Below, one piece after another: positions 31,695 through 32,738 of a stretch of 32,738 nt of DNA. Position numbers and translations under genes: made by a program. How positions within the stretch are numbered: position 1 is the first letter of the stretch; each line of letters starts with the position of its first letter. The notes below the pieces were generated by a model. It saw nothing but the letters and a program-made list of their open reading frames with translations. It was not told where the DNA came from and did not search any database. The stretch comes from a virus. Where the stretch lies: IMG/VR virus record IMGVR_UViG_3300038701_001390, positions 1-32,738 of that record; one strand, given 5' to 3'.

Positions 31695-32662
31695 TGACTA
31701 TTACAAAAATTGAAAACGATGATCAGTGGCACGCATTGCGCCGCAAAACCATTGGTGCAAGCGAGTGTGGCATTGTCTTTGGCACTTCACCATACGGCAC
31801 ACTTAATGAGCTGTATCACGTTAAAAAGGGCAATTTTAACCCAAACTTTGAGAGCAAGCTCATGCAGTGGGGGCAGGCGATGGAGCCAGTTATTGCCACC
31901 TTTATCAGTGGCGAAATGTATTGGGAATTAAAACACTGCCGTGATTATCACCAGCACCCTGATCACCCGCACCTCGGAGCAACACTTGATTACTATGTCA
32001 TTGAGAGTGAGCACGGCCCAGGCATACTTGAGATTAAGAATGTAAGCACTTTTTCACCTGACTGGTCAGCAGGGCGTGCACCGGCCCACGTTGAGCTGCA
32101 ACTACAGCATCAGTTTTTAGTGGTCAATGCAGCACGCAAGGCAGCGGGGCTTGATACTTACAAATGGGGAGCTATTGGCTCAATGCACTCTGGCAATCCA
32201 GAAGATATACGCATTATGTACCGCAAGCCTGACCCTAAAGTGCATGAGCATATTATCAAAAAATGCGGTGAGTTTTGGGCTGATCTTGAGGCGAATCGTG
32301 AGCCTGATCTATTGGGTCATAAAGAGTATGAGCACATTGCTGAAATGTTTAAATATGCAGAGGTGATTGAAGATGAGCCAGAGCTTATGGACAGAGGCGA
32401 TGACCCTATACTTGACGGACTTATCATGGATCATGAGGAGGCAAAATACGCCAAATCAGAGGCCGACCGCAAACAGCAAGAGGCAAAGGCAAAGATTTTA
32501 CACCACCTTATGATCATTGATAATGAGGGCGTGGTCAAAAAAGCATCAGCCAGATCAAAAAATTACGCTGTTGAAACTAAGGTCATTGAGGTGAGCCGCA
32601 AGGCACAGCCAGCGCGCAAAACATCACAATTGCGTTTTACGATCAGAGGTGTTGACCAATAA
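31694..32662 (+). CDS. YqaJ/lambda-Exo-type recombination exonuclease (PD-(D/E)xK)
   Basis: 322 aa with a TGGAGG SD. WHALRRKTIGASECGIVFGTSPYGTLNELY...WGQAMEP...GILEIKNV fits the YqaJ viral recombinase pattern. It is paired with recT across the circular junction. Confidence 0.85.
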   Translation: MTITKIENDDQWHALRRKTIGASECGIVFGTSPYGTLNELYHVKKGNFNPNFESKLMQWGQAMEPVIATFISGEMYWELKHCRDYHQHPDHPHLGATLDYYVIESEHGPGILEIKNVSTFSPDWSAGRAPAHVELQLQHQFLVVNAARKAAGLDTYKWGAIGSMHSGNPEDIRIMYRKPDPKVHEHIIKKCGEFWADLEANREPDLLGHKEYEHIAEMFKYAEVIEDEPELMDRGDDPILDGLIMDHEEAKYAKSEADRKQQEAKAKILHHLMIIDNEGVVKKASARSKNYAVETKVIEVSRKAQPARKTSQLRFTIRGVDQ

Positions 32663-32738
32663 ACACAAAAGTGATACAAAGATAATACAGGCACAAAACA
32701 AAGGAGTTAAATATGAACCAGCTTACACCATTCAAGGC
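32612..32738. repeat. Exact 127-bp terminal direct repeat, copy 2 (identical to 1..127)
   Basis: See copy 1. This copy contains the 3' end of the exonuclease gene, the intergenic SD and the first 26 nt of recT (ATG at 32713). Confidence 0.95.

Larger units (their letters stand above)
1..32738. mobile_element. Complete circularly closed tailed-phage (podovirus-like) genome; unit length 32,611 bp plus a 127-bp closure overlap
   Basis: The window ends are identical head-to-tail. A full set of phage modules is present: TerS, TerL, portal, scaffold, capsid, tail tubular A/B-like, internal virion proteins, tail fibre, lysis, recombination, replication initiation and methylases. Packing is near-continuous with pervasive start-stop overlaps. 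No integrase, transposase or polymerase ORF was seen. Confidence 0.85.

Noticed and set aside
1-32738. Search for CRISPR arrays, diversity-generating retroelement repeats, IS elements, an integrase/attP, and toxin-antitoxin pairs
   Set aside because: I saw no spaced direct-repeat arrays, no reverse transcriptase, transposase or recombinase-like ORFs, and no template/variable repeat pair for the fibre tip. The tRNA is full length rather than a 3' fragment of the kind seen at attP sites.

Overview
The window is one complete, circularly closed dsDNA phage genome. Bases 1-127 are identical to 32612-32738, so the unit genome is 32,611 bp and the window over-runs the closure point; 127 nt is the overlap a k=127 assembler typically leaves. 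Coding density is very high, with many ATGA/TAATG/TGATG start-stop overlaps.

Two divergent transcription units start from interleaved sigma70-like promoters at 31076-31116 and converge on back-to-back intrinsic terminators at 2705-2786.

The rightward unit crosses the circular junction. It encodes a hypothetical early protein, a mini-ORF, a YqaJ-type exonuclease, RecT with a zinc-finger tail, a PP-loop/PAPS-reductase-like enzyme, a GapR (DUF2312) homologue and a LexA-DNA-binding-domain-only protein.

The leftward unit, about 28 kb, encodes in order:
- a Cro-like HTH, a DUF1376 replication initiator, a C5 cytosine methylase and RusA;
- many small ORFs, then TerS, an N6A/N4C methylase and TerL;
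- two GNAT-like proteins, then portal and scaffold;
- a tRNA(CAU) and a 64-aa ORF, then the capsid;
- T7-order tail and ejection genes (tubular A/B-like, three internal virion proteins, T7-type tail fibre);
- a lysis cassette with a putative holin, a SAR endolysin and embedded Rz/Rz1 spanins.

No integrase, transposase, RNA polymerase, DNA polymerase, reverse transcriptase or CRISPR array was seen. GapR points to an alphaproteobacterial host.

Most worth a second look:
- an initiator-like tRNA(CAU) with a rewired anticodon stem, sitting in a moron-like insert with a small helical protein between scaffold and capsid;
- tandem GNAT-like genes inside the packaging module;
- RecT fused to a DnaJ-type zinc finger;
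- an AT-rich PP-loop enzyme island;
- the overlapping divergent promoter switch;
- an ori-like iteron/AT block inside the initiator gene;
- an AT-rich receptor-binding cassette.

All functional calls come from motif recognition by eye, not database searches.
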